Source of the DNA: Amoeboaphelidium occidentale
Taxonomy: Eukaryota
NCBI GenBank assembly: GCA_023515795.1
Contig: JALGPX010000095.1
Location: forward strand, 1-42,875
Reading direction: 5' to 3'
DNA: 42,875 bases
Below the pieces are notes generated by a model. It did no database searches. It was not told the origin of the DNA and saw only the letters and a program-made list of their open reading frames with translations. Every line of letters begins with the position of its first letter. The stretch's first letter is position 1. The position numbers and the translations under genes are program-made. This document shows, in pieces, positions 1 through 10,527 of this stretch.

Positions 1-1
1 A

Positions 2-737
2 CTGAAGGAGAATACGAGACCGGAGATGATCAAACTGAAGAATGAATTGGAAAAGAACAAGCAGAGGCAGCTTTTCAAAATTGTCAATGTCTTGGTGGCA
101 CATGCTGAAGCACTTCGTGGAACAAAGACTGGCGTTCCTTTGATCGTTGCAGGAAATCCTACATTCTCTCCTTCAGTCAAAGGCCAAAGAAGTGTTGCTC
201 CAAAAAGTTTACTCAGGTGGTTGTCGAAATTCTTTACGGTACTGGTTGTTGATGAATACAACACGTCAAAGGTAATACTTTGTTGCTCAGAGAGTTTGAA
301 CTTCTTAGAATTGTCCGATGTGCTTTNNNNTGCTGAAGCACTTCGTGGAACAAAGACTGGCGTTCCTTTGATCGTTGCAGGAAATCCTACATTCTCTCCT
401 ACAGTCAAAGGCCAAAGAAGTGTTGCTCCAAAAAGTTTGCTCAGGTGGTTGTCGAAATTCTTCACGGTACTGGTTGTTGATGAATATAACACGTCAAAGG
501 TAATACTTTGTTGCTCAGAGAGTTTGAACTTCTTAGAATTGTCCGATGTGCTTTAAGCCTCTTGACAATTACGGTAATGAAGGAACTAGAATGTGGAAGT
601 GTAAAGATTGCAAGACTTCAACTGGACACGATCTCATTGTTAACAAGGATGTATCAGCGGCTAATTTCATGGCAAATATCGCAGTTTATCACTTTTTAAC
701 AAGAGAAAGACACCCCAGTTTCAGTAGGCAAGTCTGA
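2..737 (+). mobile_element. Fanzor (eukaryotic TnpB/IS200-IS605-derived RuvC nuclease), 5'-truncated by window edge; one 37-nt intron; internal gap-flanking duplication
   Basis: The frame is open from nt 2 and reads GNPTFSPSVKGQRSVAPKSLLRWLSKFFTVLVVDEYNTSK (RuvC-II Glu motif). Removing the GT..AG intron 500-536 (its duplicate is 272-308) joins TSK to NCPMC...MWKCKDC (C4 Zn finger), IVNKDVSAANFM (RuvC-III Asp) and RERHPSF*. This motif order is typical of TnpB/Fanzor C-termini. Confidence 0.88.
103..554. repeat. 224-bp duplication flanking an N-gap (103-326 vs 331-554), probable assembly artefact
   Basis: Near-identical copies on either side of nnnn (327-330), differing by about 4 substitutions. 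Confidence 0.85.
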
Positions 738-824
738 GCCAAAAAAATGTGACCGCTGCATAAAAGACGCAGCTTTTTCTATTCACAAAATAAAGCTTTT
801 CCTTTTCAGCGAAATTTCTTGTGA
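721..824 (+). ncRNA. candidate Fanzor omega-RNA region
   Basis: Lies directly 3' of the Fanzor ORF. Nested stems tgtga(748-752)/tcaca(783-787) enclose gctgc(755-759)/gcagc(769-773), followed by a T5 run. Position matches known omega-RNAs; boundaries are unknown. Confidence 0.3.
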
Positions 825-830
825 TCAAAA

Positions 831-1556
831 ATGGACGTCGACAACATGGACTTTCCGCTTACCGGCACCTTAGACTCAGTAGATAGAGTAAATGAGAAGA
901 TGCAAAGTCTGGAAATAACGGAACAATTAACTGGAAGTAAATTAGATTTTGAAAAGTTCAAGGACGCAATCGTTCTTTATCCTGCTTACTTCGATGCTCG
1001 CAAGTCAGAAAAGCAAGGAAGACGAGTACCGCGGGACTTGGCAATTAACACGGATGTTACTAAAGGCGGCATACCTTTGACTGCCTGGCAACTTGCGATG
1101 GCATGTGGAAGACTAGACATGCACGTTTTAGTTGAAGAAAGGAAGCGATACCCGAGAGATTATTGGGGTTACGGCAGAATACGCGTTAAACCGAAGGGTT
1201 CTTCTGTAATGAAAAGTAATTTGCTGTTTCAAATTTGTTTACATGTAGAGCGTCAATTGCTAAAAGAGATAGCCAGAATCTTGCCTACCGTTCAAACGGA
1301 GGTTTTACAGAGTTTGGAAGCCAAGGCAAAAGAGAGTGGCGTTGATATCCCAAAATCTGCCTACTCCATCCCTATTTCACCTAATTACTTTCCTTATGGT
1401 AATGATCCTCTAGCGTCCACTGCTCTGAAGTACGAGTATGGTGCTTTGCCGATGGAAGATTTGAGACCTAAAGTTACAGCAAAAGAGCAAACATCGTCTA
1501 CTACAGGGGCATCTTCCAGTTCTACTTCTAAAAAGTCAAAGAAGAACAGGAAATAG
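831..1556 (+). CDS. SRP19: signal recognition particle subunit SRP19/Sec65; probable in-frame 33-nt intron 1216-1248
   Basis: Motifs LYPAYFDARKSEKQGRRVP and KRYPRDYWGYGRIRV; basic C-terminal tail. Removing 1216-1248 gives MKKRQLLKEIA. Confidence 0.92.
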   Translation: MDVDNMDFPLTGTLDSVDRVNEKMQSLEITEQLTGSKLDFEKFKDAIVLYPAYFDARKSEKQGRRVPRDLAINTDVTKGGIPLTAWQLAMACGRLDMHVLVEERKRYPRDYWGYGRIRVKPKGSSVMKSNLLFQICLHVERQLLKEIARILPTVQTEVLQSLEAKAKESGVDIPKSAYSIPISPNYFPYGNDPLASTALKYEYGALPMEDLRPKVTAKEQTSSTTGASSSSTSKKSKKNRK

Positions 1557-1574
1557 ACTTCGTTTATTCCCTTT

Positions 1575-3138
1575 TCAGTTCATCAAATTGATAGCCTCTT
1601 CTCCAACGCGCTTCAACTTCAAATCATTCCAAATTTCATCCAAAGCGTTGCACAAATGATCCAACATCATCTCATCGTGACCCGGAGTAGGAGTAATACG
1701 TAAACGTTCGCCTCCAACAGGAACTGTAGGGTAATTGATACCTTGGACTAAAAATGAGGAATCTACGAGAGTTAAACTTACCATAGATGTTGTACTTGCT
1801 CAAAAGCAAGTCACTAGCCAATTTTGTGAGTTCAGCATTTCCAACTAAAACAGGAACAATGTGACTTGGATTATCTACAACTGGAATTCTGAGTTCTTTT
1901 AATCTGTTCTTCAGTAAAGCAACATTACGACGTTGTCCCATACGCTCATTCTCAGAATGTTTCAAATATTCAACACTAACAAGAGCACCAGCAACTATCG
2001 CAGGCGGTAGAGACGTGGTGAAGATAAATCCTGGAGCATATGATCTAATCATATCAACTAAACGAGAGGAACCAGCGATGTATCCACCTACAACACCATA
2101 CGCTTTTCCAAGTGTTCCAGAAATGATATCAACTTTGTCTAGTACAGATGAATCATTCTCTGCAATGCCACCGCCACGAGGACCATACATTCCAACAGCA
2201 TGAACTTCATCAAGGAAAGTTAAGGCGTTGTATTTACGGGCCAAATCACAGATTTCATCAATAGGACCGATCGAACCACACATGGAATATACCGACTCGA
2301 AAGCAATAACTTTAGGAACATTAATGTCAACTTGCTTAAGCTGTTCTTCCAAGTGGGCAACATCATTGTGTTTAAAAACAAACTTTTTCGCTCTTGAATT
2401 CCTAATTCCTTGGATCATAGACGCATGATTAGAACTATCAGAGAAGATAACACATTCAGGCAGCCTAGAGCAGAGTGTTGACAAAGTAGCATCATTAGCC
2501 ACAAAACAGGATGAAAACACCAGCGCCGCTTCTTTACGATGAAGATCAGCCAAACTGTTCTCAAGCGCCAAATGATACTCTCCATTTCCAGCGATGTTTC
2601 TAGTTCCACCAGCACCAGAACCGTGCTTATCAAGAGTCTTCTTAATCGCATCAACAACAATGGGATGTCTGCTCATGCCCAAATAGTCGTTGGAACACCA
2701 CACAGCAACTTTGCCTTTAGCTGATGGCGACTCAGCAAGCGGAAACTTCGAAGCCAACCGGTTGATATTATTAAAGTATCTGTAACTTTTATCACGGCGC
2801 TTCTTTTCCAGTTCCCTTTCAAAGATCCCATCGTAATTAATCGGTTTCTTCTTTGGTTCAGATTTTGGCTTTGCTTTTGGCGCAGCATTCGACAAGAACT
2901 CATTCATTCCCATCGGTTGCGGCGCTTTAAATTCATTCTCCAACGCCTTCGACATGACAGGGCAAGTTTTAGCAGCCATCGCCAATAAATTTGAATCGCT
3001 TTGGCTTTCATGAAATCCGTATTCGTTCACTTTTGTCTTTGCCATACTCTTCAAGCGGCTCATTGGCGTCTTGCGTAAGAACGGGCACAATAATTTGTAT
3101 CGATTATACTGACTGCTGAGTGTTTCTGCTTTGTTCAT
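1575..3138 (-). CDS. HEM1: mitochondrial 5-aminolevulinate synthase; intron 1748-1781
   Basis: Motifs [30 protein letters not shown] and SGTLGKAYG (PLP Lys); spliced [15 protein letters not shown] at 3138. Confidence 0.96.
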
Positions 3139-3588
3139 TGCGAAGCTTTTGGAAGTCAATCAATTGGACGCTAAGAAATGGTGATCGGAGTTGCGTAATC
3201 CGCAGTCATGATCGGGACACTCGCGCCACCAAAAGCACATGGAGACGTGCAACTCGCTTTAAAAGTACTGATAAAGACGTCATTGCGTAATTTAAAGGAG
3301 TTACGGCGAAGGTTCGGCTTGCTGCTGTTACGTGAGCAACTTAGTTTAGTCATAGGAACCTTACAAGAGTCATGTATTACAATTTTCTTCATAGTTTCAA
3401 GAGTCATATCTCTAAATATTTAAAGCCATTCAGTTTTTGTGGCTGGAAGTGCGCCCAAAAGAATTAAACTGTTTGATTAATCCAATTGGCTAAACTGAAA
3501 ATAACACGGCATCATCGTGACAACCTGTTCAGTTTCAGATCGACCAGTTTGATTTCTCCAAGTCACTTCAAAAGTACTGATTATCACA

Positions 3589-4095
3589 ATGTCTTGGCAA
3601 GCATACGTCGACGGAAACTTGGTTGGAACAAAGAAGATCGTTAAGGCAGCGATCCATGGTCATGATGGAAATCCTTGGTAAGTTCTTCATACATGTCTTC
3701 GCATCATATACTAATCCTTTAGGGCTACATCTGCTGGCTTCTCTGTAAGATCCAGATCTCGATCTTAGTTACTTATATTCTATAGTTGAAACCAGCTGAG
3801 GTTCAAGAATTGATCAAGGGTTTCAAGGACGCTGGTCCATTGAGAGCTAGCGGTTTGCGCTTGAATGGTGTCAAGTACATCGTCTTGAGAGCAGATGACA
3901 GAAGCATCTACGGAAAGCAGGTGAGCTTCTATCCTGTTTATGTGGCTTATGGTGATCTAGGGTACTGGTGGTATTGTGTGCGTTAAGACCAAGGCTGCTG
4001 TCTTGATCGGTGTCTATGATGAAACCGTTCAACCTGGAGAAGCTACCAAGGTCGTTGAACAACTTGCAGACTACCTTATCAGTGTCAACTACTAA
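3589..4095 (+). CDS. PFY1: profilin; introns 3678-3722, 3745-3785, 3921-3960
   Basis: Spliced product [14 protein letters not shown]...W|ATSAGFS|LKPAE...[26 protein letters not shown]...[13 protein letters not shown]. Confidence 0.96.
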
Positions 4096-4179
4096 AGTCT
4101 GAGCAATGAGATGAAGTGGAAATAAAGCGCAATTTGTGTACTTGTCCTACCTTAAAGTTTGTCTTTCTTTCTATCTCTC

Positions 4180-4578
4180 ATGCCCAACAATTGTCTGAAG
4201 TGTTCAAAAGTCGTTCTTGAACTTCCGAGTAAAGTTGGACCAGGATTCGTTAAGCAAGGATCTTACTCATGGCATTCTGCTTGTTTTGTGTGCACAAAAT
4301 GCAATAAGGCTTTGATCAATTCCAAATTTGTGATAACTGATGATAGTGCGTTACTATGCGAAGGCTGTGATACTGTACCTAATAGTCCAGCTTCTGGATC
4401 GCTTATCTGTAAAGGTTGTTCTAAATCAATCGAAGATAAGACGTACACCAACGCTTATGGTTTCAACTACCACAAAAAATGCCTCAATTGCGGAGTGTGT
4501 AAAAAAGCCCTCAACACAGGCGATGGGTTTTATGATGAAGATTTCGGATATGCTCTTCATTTGACCTGTTTGAAATAG
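4180..4578 (+). CDS. small protein with two LIM domains
   Basis: Two CxxC...HxxCxxCxxC...CxxC/HxxC LIM patterns (WHSACFVCTKC; YHKKCLNCGVC). Confidence 0.88.
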   Translation: MPNNCLKCSKVVLELPSKVGPGFVKQGSYSWHSACFVCTKCNKALINSKFVITDDSALLCEGCDTVPNSPASGSLICKGCSKSIEDKTYTNAYGFNYHKKCLNCGVCKKALNTGDGFYDEDFGYALHLTCLK

Positions 4579-4598
4579 ATCTCTTTGTTCCAAAGGCA

Positions 4599-5490
4599 AT
4601 GACGATGTTCGATCATTTGGAGCCAGCATCGGAAGCAGCGTCCACTGCCGGCGCTTTCTCATGGAATTATGTTAAACCGGCAGCATTAGAATGTCTCAAG
4701 TACGCTGTGTTTTATTCCGGTGTACATCTTGCAGCTGAGTACGGGGTTATCAGAAGACGAATTTCTGCGTCCAAGCTTGCTTCACTGAAGTGGTCAGAAA
4801 GAGTTTACATTGGCGAAAAGGTCTGTTCCACACTGAATGGATTGATTACAGGGCTCATAGGTAAATGTTAATCTTTGGGATAAGCTGAACTTGTTAGGAA
4901 CTTACATGTTGTTCGTGGCACCTGGATTTCAGGGTGAATTTGGAGTATTTCGATTCTATCCAAGGATTCTCGATATGGTCTTTAGCTCCTATGTTGGATA
5001 TTCTATTTATGACATGGGCACCATGGTTATTGTAGGCGATGAACCAATGGCAATGTGGTTTCATCATATTGTTGGTGCTTTCGGGGCCTTCGCGATGATG
5101 ATGTACAGACAGGCTGCGTTCTTTCCAGTCACTTTTCTCGCAACGGAACTCACGGTTGTTCCTACTAATTTAGTATGGTATTTAAGAACTCTAGATGTTG
5201 ATAAAAAATCTGCACTTTACCGTTGGAATGTCACAATCAGGAACATTGTATTCCTCACCGCAAGGTCAATTGTGGCACCAGCTTGTTTATCATATGCGTT
5301 ACAACAAGTAGAGGGCGCTTCTATTTCTGAAAAGATTTCTCGTTTGAAAGCAATATTTGCAACTTTACCACGCTTTTTGGTCGCAGGAACGGTGCTAAAT
5401 GTTGTGGGCTTGGGCGCATTAAACACATTCTGGAATATCATGGTTATTCGTAATGCCTTGAAAAAGTCAAGAGGCGCAAAGAAGGAATAA
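4599..5490 (+). CDS. TLC (TRAM/LAG1/CLN8) domain membrane protein, TMEM56/TLCD4-like; intron 4861-4897
   Basis: Motifs EKVCSTLNG, GYSIYD, MWFHHIVG, TELTVVPTNLVW and LNTFW; multiple hydrophobic helices. Confidence 0.85.
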
Positions 5491-5646
5491 ACCAAGCGCT
5501 TAATCTTTCTGTTTCAAGTAGCGCGGTGTCTGTCTCATGCAGATCTTTGCCTGATGGCGTGACATTGAACAACATAAGAGTTTATTAACAATGGGCCTTT
5601 CAACAGAGAAGTAAACAGATAATAATGAAGTGAGACGTTTCGCATG

Positions 5647-6138
5647 CTAAGTTTTTGGTGCAGCAGATGAGGGCGTACCAAATATCATGGGAAATCGCGT
5701 TGTAGCCTTCTCTTGTCGTTCCAGTCTGGCTTTGAGATCTTTAATCTGTTCCTCAAGGCTTTTAAGTGTATTCTCTAACTTATCTTGTTGTTCTTTTGTT
5801 ATGGCACGCTTTTCCATGTCATCCAGACGCTTTCGGTAAGTTTCTGCAACAACAGCCGCAACAGCTGCCCCAAAAATAATACTTTCACTAATAAAACTTG
5901 CAGCCAAGTCGATTGCTCGTTTGTCATCAAGCGGCATAATGTTTGGTTCAGGCCTTTGAACCTCTGCTTGTCTCCGCTTCAGCTTGATTTCAGCGCGATG
6001 ATATGCTTGAGCAAACTGAATGATCTTTCTCCGGAACAGGGGGTGTTCTGTGGCTTGAGTTTTGACGTATTTCGCTATTGGTTTCGAAATTTGTTTTATT
6101 ATCAGCAGGCCAATTTTGAATATGGGAAAGCTTATCAT
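5647..6138 (-). CDS. OPA3: OPA3-like mitochondrial protein
   Basis: FPIFKIGLLIIKQISKPIA...HPLFR...PLDDKRAIDLAASFISESIIF followed by a C-terminal coiled coil. Confidence 0.9.
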   Translation of the reverse strand: MISFPIFKIGLLIIKQISKPIAKYVKTQATEHPLFRRKIIQFAQAYHRAEIKLKRRQAEVQRPEPNIMPLDDKRAIDLAASFISESIIFGAAVAAVVAETYRKRLDDMEKRAITKEQQDKLENTLKSLEEQIKDLKARLERQEKATTRFPMIFGTPSSAAPKT

Positions 6139-6172
6139 CTTTGCCTCAATCTTTTGTACAAGAAAAGCGAGA

Positions 6173-8722
6173 TTACAAAACACTTGCGGCTGGTGCAGTC
6201 GGTTTGTAAAAATCTTCGCTCTTACATTTTCTTAATTTAGATCCTCCCCATCCGAAATCAATTATGTTCGTTTTAAAAGTCGATGCGATTGTATCACGTA
6301 AACCTTCAGCCTTTTGGTCTAGCGATTTGACCGTATCGTCTTGATTAGATGATTGCGAATTGCCACCAATGCTTGCGCTATTAGCCGAGCTTTTACTGCT
6401 TGTGTGTAATATTTTGGTACTGCTTCTAGGAGCTTCTATAATTTTGGTATCCTCCAGGAAAACATGTGAACCTGATCCAAATCCTATCGGAGCTGACAAC
6501 GCTTCTGAAAATGTTTGCCTTATTCTAGATTGCGAATAAGTTGTCGTTGCAGAAATCTTATTCATGTAATCTTCAGTAAGTGGTCTAGGAATTACAATAG
6601 CAAGATCTGGTTTGCTGATTCTTCTTTGTGCAGCGTTTTCGTTTTCTTTGAAAGCAGGTTCCATCAATAGTGTGGTTTTAACCAACTCAGGATTGGCGTC
6701 TTCAAGCTTTGTTGCAGACTCGCGCCTCTTTATATCTACATGGGATGCTGAATATGATGCAGTACTCTCTCGGGTAGTGGAGATCAAAGCTTCAACTTTG
6801 CCGATTTTCACACCCCATAGTTTCTCCGCAACCTCTCTTACCTCAAACCAATAATTTGCAAATACAGCCCTTTTTACAGATACATCATAACCAATTTTAT
6901 GAAGCCACCATCTTTCTAGATAGTTCAAACTACGGAGCTTTAAATCCGACATGATACTCTTAAAATCTACATTCCACACTGCTTGATCATCCCATACTTT
7001 GCTAGCCAACATAACTGATCCCAGTACAGCTCTAAAGCAGTTCAAGCCATGCAAACTAACACGGGCCTTGAACATCAATCTTTCCAAGTAAATTAATGCA
7101 ATTATTGCAATTTCTGCATTTAAATCAGCGGCGATGAAAATTTGCTTCAAAAATTGATTGAGTTCCTCTGCTGTTGGAGGCTGCATAATTTCTGGGCGCC
7201 GCACAACTTCATCTGGAATACCACGTACCTTCCAGATTGGATGTACCTTCTCGGATAAAATATCTGATGTGTAGAAAATTCTCGACGTATATCTTCTTCC
7301 TAGTTTGTTTTGTTTTTCATAAGCATGCAGCTCTGTGTATAGCGAGTATGTGCGTTGCAGATGTGTGGAAATCGCATGAGCAACCGATTTCAGTGTAATA
7401 TCCAAATTTCTAGGACTTGCCGATGGCTTAAATAATGTACTATCAACAGTGAAAAGCGTGCTGCATGAATTGAATTTGATTATTGTCCTGTTCTTAAATA
7501 CTTTGGCATTAAGGATGTCGTTCCTGTCTAACTTTTTAGGAAGCTTAGGTGCTTTTTGTAACGATTCTCTTCTTGTAACTGAGTCCAAGGAATCACTTGA
7601 TGCTTTTTTCTTTTCTCCAAAGCGAATATTGTCTTCAGCTTGTGTGACTTGAATGATTGCGTTGGTTGTAGCAGGTAATTGAACCAACTTCTCATCTTCT
7701 GGAACAGCATTCAGCAAAATCGCGTCCTTACGCAAAGTAGATGTAGCTGAGCCAATGTTTTCAGAGCTTTGTGATCTACTGCTTCCAGACTGTAACGAAG
7801 TGAAACTACCCGATAAGCTAAGTCCGCTTAAAAACTTGAGCGTTTTCGCAGCTTTAGATACATCACCCTCAAACAAATAGTCCATCACGTAGAACTCGTC
7901 TGTAATTAGTGGGGATCTCCATGTTTCTTCTTTTTTGTTGCTCCTTAATCTATCTAATAGCTCAACAGGATCTGGTATATCATCATCATCGGTTTTGATA
8001 TAATCTGACAGTGATAATTCGGTCGTCAGCTTTGCAAGTGATCCAGGCTGACTAGGCTGCAGTTTTTCCAAGCTCTCGATAACCTTTTCTGATGACTTAG
8101 CCCTAGAGAACCTGAAGAAGTTTAAGTACTTGTCTCTTAATCTTTCCGCCGTTGTTTGAGTACGCTGAGAAGGCACCTTTAATGATGTATGGCTACCGAC
8201 CAAATGGTTTGACGATCCCAAGTTGGATTTGCTCCCAGTAGCAAGTATTGACGAGCCACCCAATTTGCTCAATGACGCAGACGACGAGGCTGAGCGCGAT
8301 CTTGAAGTACCACCGGAACTTTGCATCACAATCTCTGCTGCAGCCCGTTTACTCTTTTCTGCTTTCTTCTTGTATTTCAACTCTTTCAAAAACGCGTCAT
8401 ATGGTTTCGATTCTGCAACAGTGTGTGATCTTTGACGAGGAGATGCTTCCTCGGGGAATTGAGAGTCTTGACGAGCAGCTTCATTCTCAGTTGTTTCAAC
8501 GACGCTTGTCTCGTTGCCTTGAGGAGTCTCCTCCAATACCTTCAATAGCGATAGCTTGTTTTCTAATCGCGAAAGGGGTTCCGTAGCTTTGAAACTGCCG
8601 ACAGGTTTCAGGTTGTCTTGACGCGAGATGTTTGCAGCGCCCTCGTTATTAGTTCCGACTCCTGGTTTAGGCCCATTATCGTTCTTAGATATAGGTGCGG
8701 GATAGATCGTTTCTCGTCCCAT
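6173..8722 (-). CDS. CCNY: cyclin Y-like protein with long Ser-rich extensions
   Basis: Motifs KFNSCSTL, IIALIYLERL, MLASKVWDDQAVWNVDF and VFANYWFEVRE are cyclin Y-type. Confidence 0.85.
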   Translation of the reverse strand: MGRETIYPAPISKNDNGPKPGVGTNNEGAANISRQDNLKPVGSFKATEPLSRLENKLSLLKVLEETPQGNETSVVETTENEAARQDSQFPEEASPRQRSHTVAESKPYDAFLKELKYKKKAEKSKRAAAEIVMQSSGGTSRSRSASSSASLSKLGGSSILATGSKSNLGSSNHLVGSHTSLKVPSQRTQTTAERLRDKYLNFFRFSRAKSSEKVIESLEKLQPSQPGSLAKLTTELSLSDYIKTDDDDIPDPVELLDRLRSNKKEETWRSPLITDEFYVMDYLFEGDVSKAAKTLKFLSGLSLSGSFTSLQSGSSRSQSSENIGSATSTLRKDAILLNAVPEDEKLVQLPATTNAIIQVTQAEDNIRFGEKKKASSDSLDSVTRRESLQKAPKLPKKLDRNDILNAKVFKNRTIIKFNSCSTLFTVDSTLFKPSASPRNLDITLKSVAHAISTHLQRTYSLYTELHAYEKQNKLGRRYTSRIFYTSDILSEKVHPIWKVRGIPDEVVRRPEIMQPPTAEELNQFLKQIFIAADLNAEIAIIALIYLERLMFKARVSLHGLNCFRAVLGSVMLASKVWDDQAVWNVDFKSIMSDLKLRSLNYLERWWLHKIGYDVSVKRAVFANYWFEVREVAEKLWGVKIGKVEALISTTRESTASYSASHVDIKRRESATKLEDANPELVKTTLLMEPAFKENENAAQRRISKPDLAIVIPRPLTEDYMNKISATTTYSQSRIRQTFSEALSAPIGFGSGSHVFLEDTKIIEAPRSSTKILHTSSKSSANSASIGGNSQSSNQDDTVKSLDQKAEGLRDTIASTFKTNIIDFGWGGSKLRKCKSEDFYKPTAPAASVL

Positions 8723-8935
8723 GGTGCTGTCGTTTTCTAGACAGGATATGAAGTCAAATGAGCAAGGTCATAACGTCCAGAGCAGCCAATCCCTGCAGTC
8801 CAAAACAAAGACCTCTTCTGATAACTGAAAACAAGATCCACATTAACGGAAACAAGTATTTGAACTTGTGTATGACGGCATTGCCTTTGTTTCAATCGCG
8901 CAAACGTTGATCTTCTTCTAGTGAAGTTGCTTGAC

Positions 8936-9560
8936 ATGGTGTCCATTCTTCAAGCATCCGGCTTAAACAGCAGCGACGAATTAGACACGAAAGAAAAGTT
9001 AAGAATAACTTTGTTGCCTTTGGACTTGAAAGCTATTTATGAGAAGCATGGGAGAGTCAATAGCCTTGTCTCATGGATTAAAGATCACTTAATAACCTCT
9101 GATGGATACAAGAACAAAATTATACTCACAACGGGAGTTAACTTTTCTGGGCACAGCTTTATAGAAACAGCTGCAATTGGTATGTCACTGTTTTACCAAA
9201 TTTTTTAATTGTTTAGAGGTTGTCCAAGCTGCAGAGTACTTAAGCGGTAAGGCAATACAACCAGATCTGAATGAATCTGGATTATTAGCACAAGACAATG
9301 CACAGAAAATTATGGAACGCATTGCGAGTATGCTTGAAAAGGAGAACATAACGTGCATGGTGGATGTCCAGTCCAGTGTGCATGATCAGAAATCATTCAT
9401 AATGAAGCAAGTGAAGCATTATGCTCCAGACATACTCTTGCTTTATGAGGAATCGGGATCTTTTGCTTCATCTGTAGAACATCACTTAATGAGCAGCGAG
9501 ACAAGCTTGGAGCAAAATGCCCAGTTTCCGGTGCTGGTTCATGTCCCTAAGCTTGATTAA
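8936..9560 (+). CDS. universal stress protein (USP)-like; intron 9180-9216
   Basis: Spliced ~195-aa ORF. N-terminal ITLLPLD strand and C-terminal DILLL...S...EQNAQFPVLVHVP resemble the USP fold; divergent. Confidence 0.5.
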
Positions 9561-9752
9561 TATAAATTTTGGTTACTAAGAGCGCTCGTAAGATATACTT
9601 TTGGTAAAGAGGCTCACAAAAGCACATAGTAGCGTGCACAGACTCTTAGCTTGTCGCGTGTTTGAACTCCAGCAATCAGCCAATCACGCTTGCGTCGCAC
9701 ATTTTTCGATTGTTGAAGCGCCAGACTTAATACTCTTCAAAGTTTCTCGTGA

Positions 9753-10517
9753 ATGAACAAAATGAACAGAAGCCGTGACAGATACGACAGCCGTGAAAAT
9801 CGCTACTACTCGCCTCAGTATGGCAACGTTCCACCTGAACAGGAAGATGATCTCTCCGTTGATGAGATTATTCAGAAAACAAAATCAAAGCGTAATGAGA
9901 CTCTTGAAGTAACAAGAGATGCTCTGAAAAGGCTCCAAACAACGGAGCAAAGTGGCATGGCAACGATGGAGAAGCTGAACACGCAATCTGATATTCTGCG
10001 AAAGGCCAAGACGTCGATGGATGTTGCAAAGGCACATCAAGAAGTCGCTAATGAACAAGTGTCTGAACTGAAAAAATACTCAAAGTTAATTCCGTGGGGT
10101 AATCCGTTCAAAAGAAATAACGCATCAAAGAAGCTTCGTGATGCAAAGACTAAACAGCAATACGAAGAGTCAATGCGCGAAAGTGATGAATTGCGTCGTT
10201 CTCAAAGAGATTCCGAGCGCAGGACTGCTGAAGTCAAGAACTCCGCAAATCGCGATCCTTCTGCTGGCAGAGGGCGTTCTGGGCAAAGGAAGCAGTATTC
10301 CGACTTGTTGGATGAAGACGATCGCCATGCTGAAGATGAAATCGATTCAAATTTGGATCAAATTAGCTCTATAGCTCAGCAGTTGAGAGGAATGGCAATG
10401 AACATGAACGATGAAATCAAAAGTCAAAGCAAGCTTGTAGACCATTTGACCAAAAATGCTGATGATGTTAATGTTAGTGTAAAATTGACTCAAAACAGGA
10501 TGAAACGGTGGAATTAA
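9753..10517 (+). CDS. SNAP-25/Sec9-like Qbc SNARE
   Basis: Two SNARE helices: TEQSGMATMEKLNTQSDIL and EDEIDSNLDQIS...MNDEIKSQSKLVD. Confidence 0.88.
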   Translation: MNKMNRSRDRYDSRENRYYSPQYGNVPPEQEDDLSVDEIIQKTKSKRNETLEVTRDALKRLQTTEQSGMATMEKLNTQSDILRKAKTSMDVAKAHQEVANEQVSELKKYSKLIPWGNPFKRNNASKKLRDAKTKQQYEESMRESDELRRSQRDSERRTAEVKNSANRDPSAGRGRSGQRKQYSDLLDEDDRHAEDEIDSNLDQISSIAQQLRGMAMNMNDEIKSQSKLVDHLTKNADDVNVSVKLTQNRMKRWN

Positions 10518-10527
10518 ATGCAATAAA

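Noticed and set aside
26..556. Protein with a genuine internal tandem repeat
   Set aside because: The repeat straddles an N-gap like the two other gap duplications, and the ORF also reads through an intron.
3171..3423. Short ORFs in the ALAS-profilin spacer
   Set aside because: Under 80 aa with no recognisable motifs; probably divergent promoter DNA.
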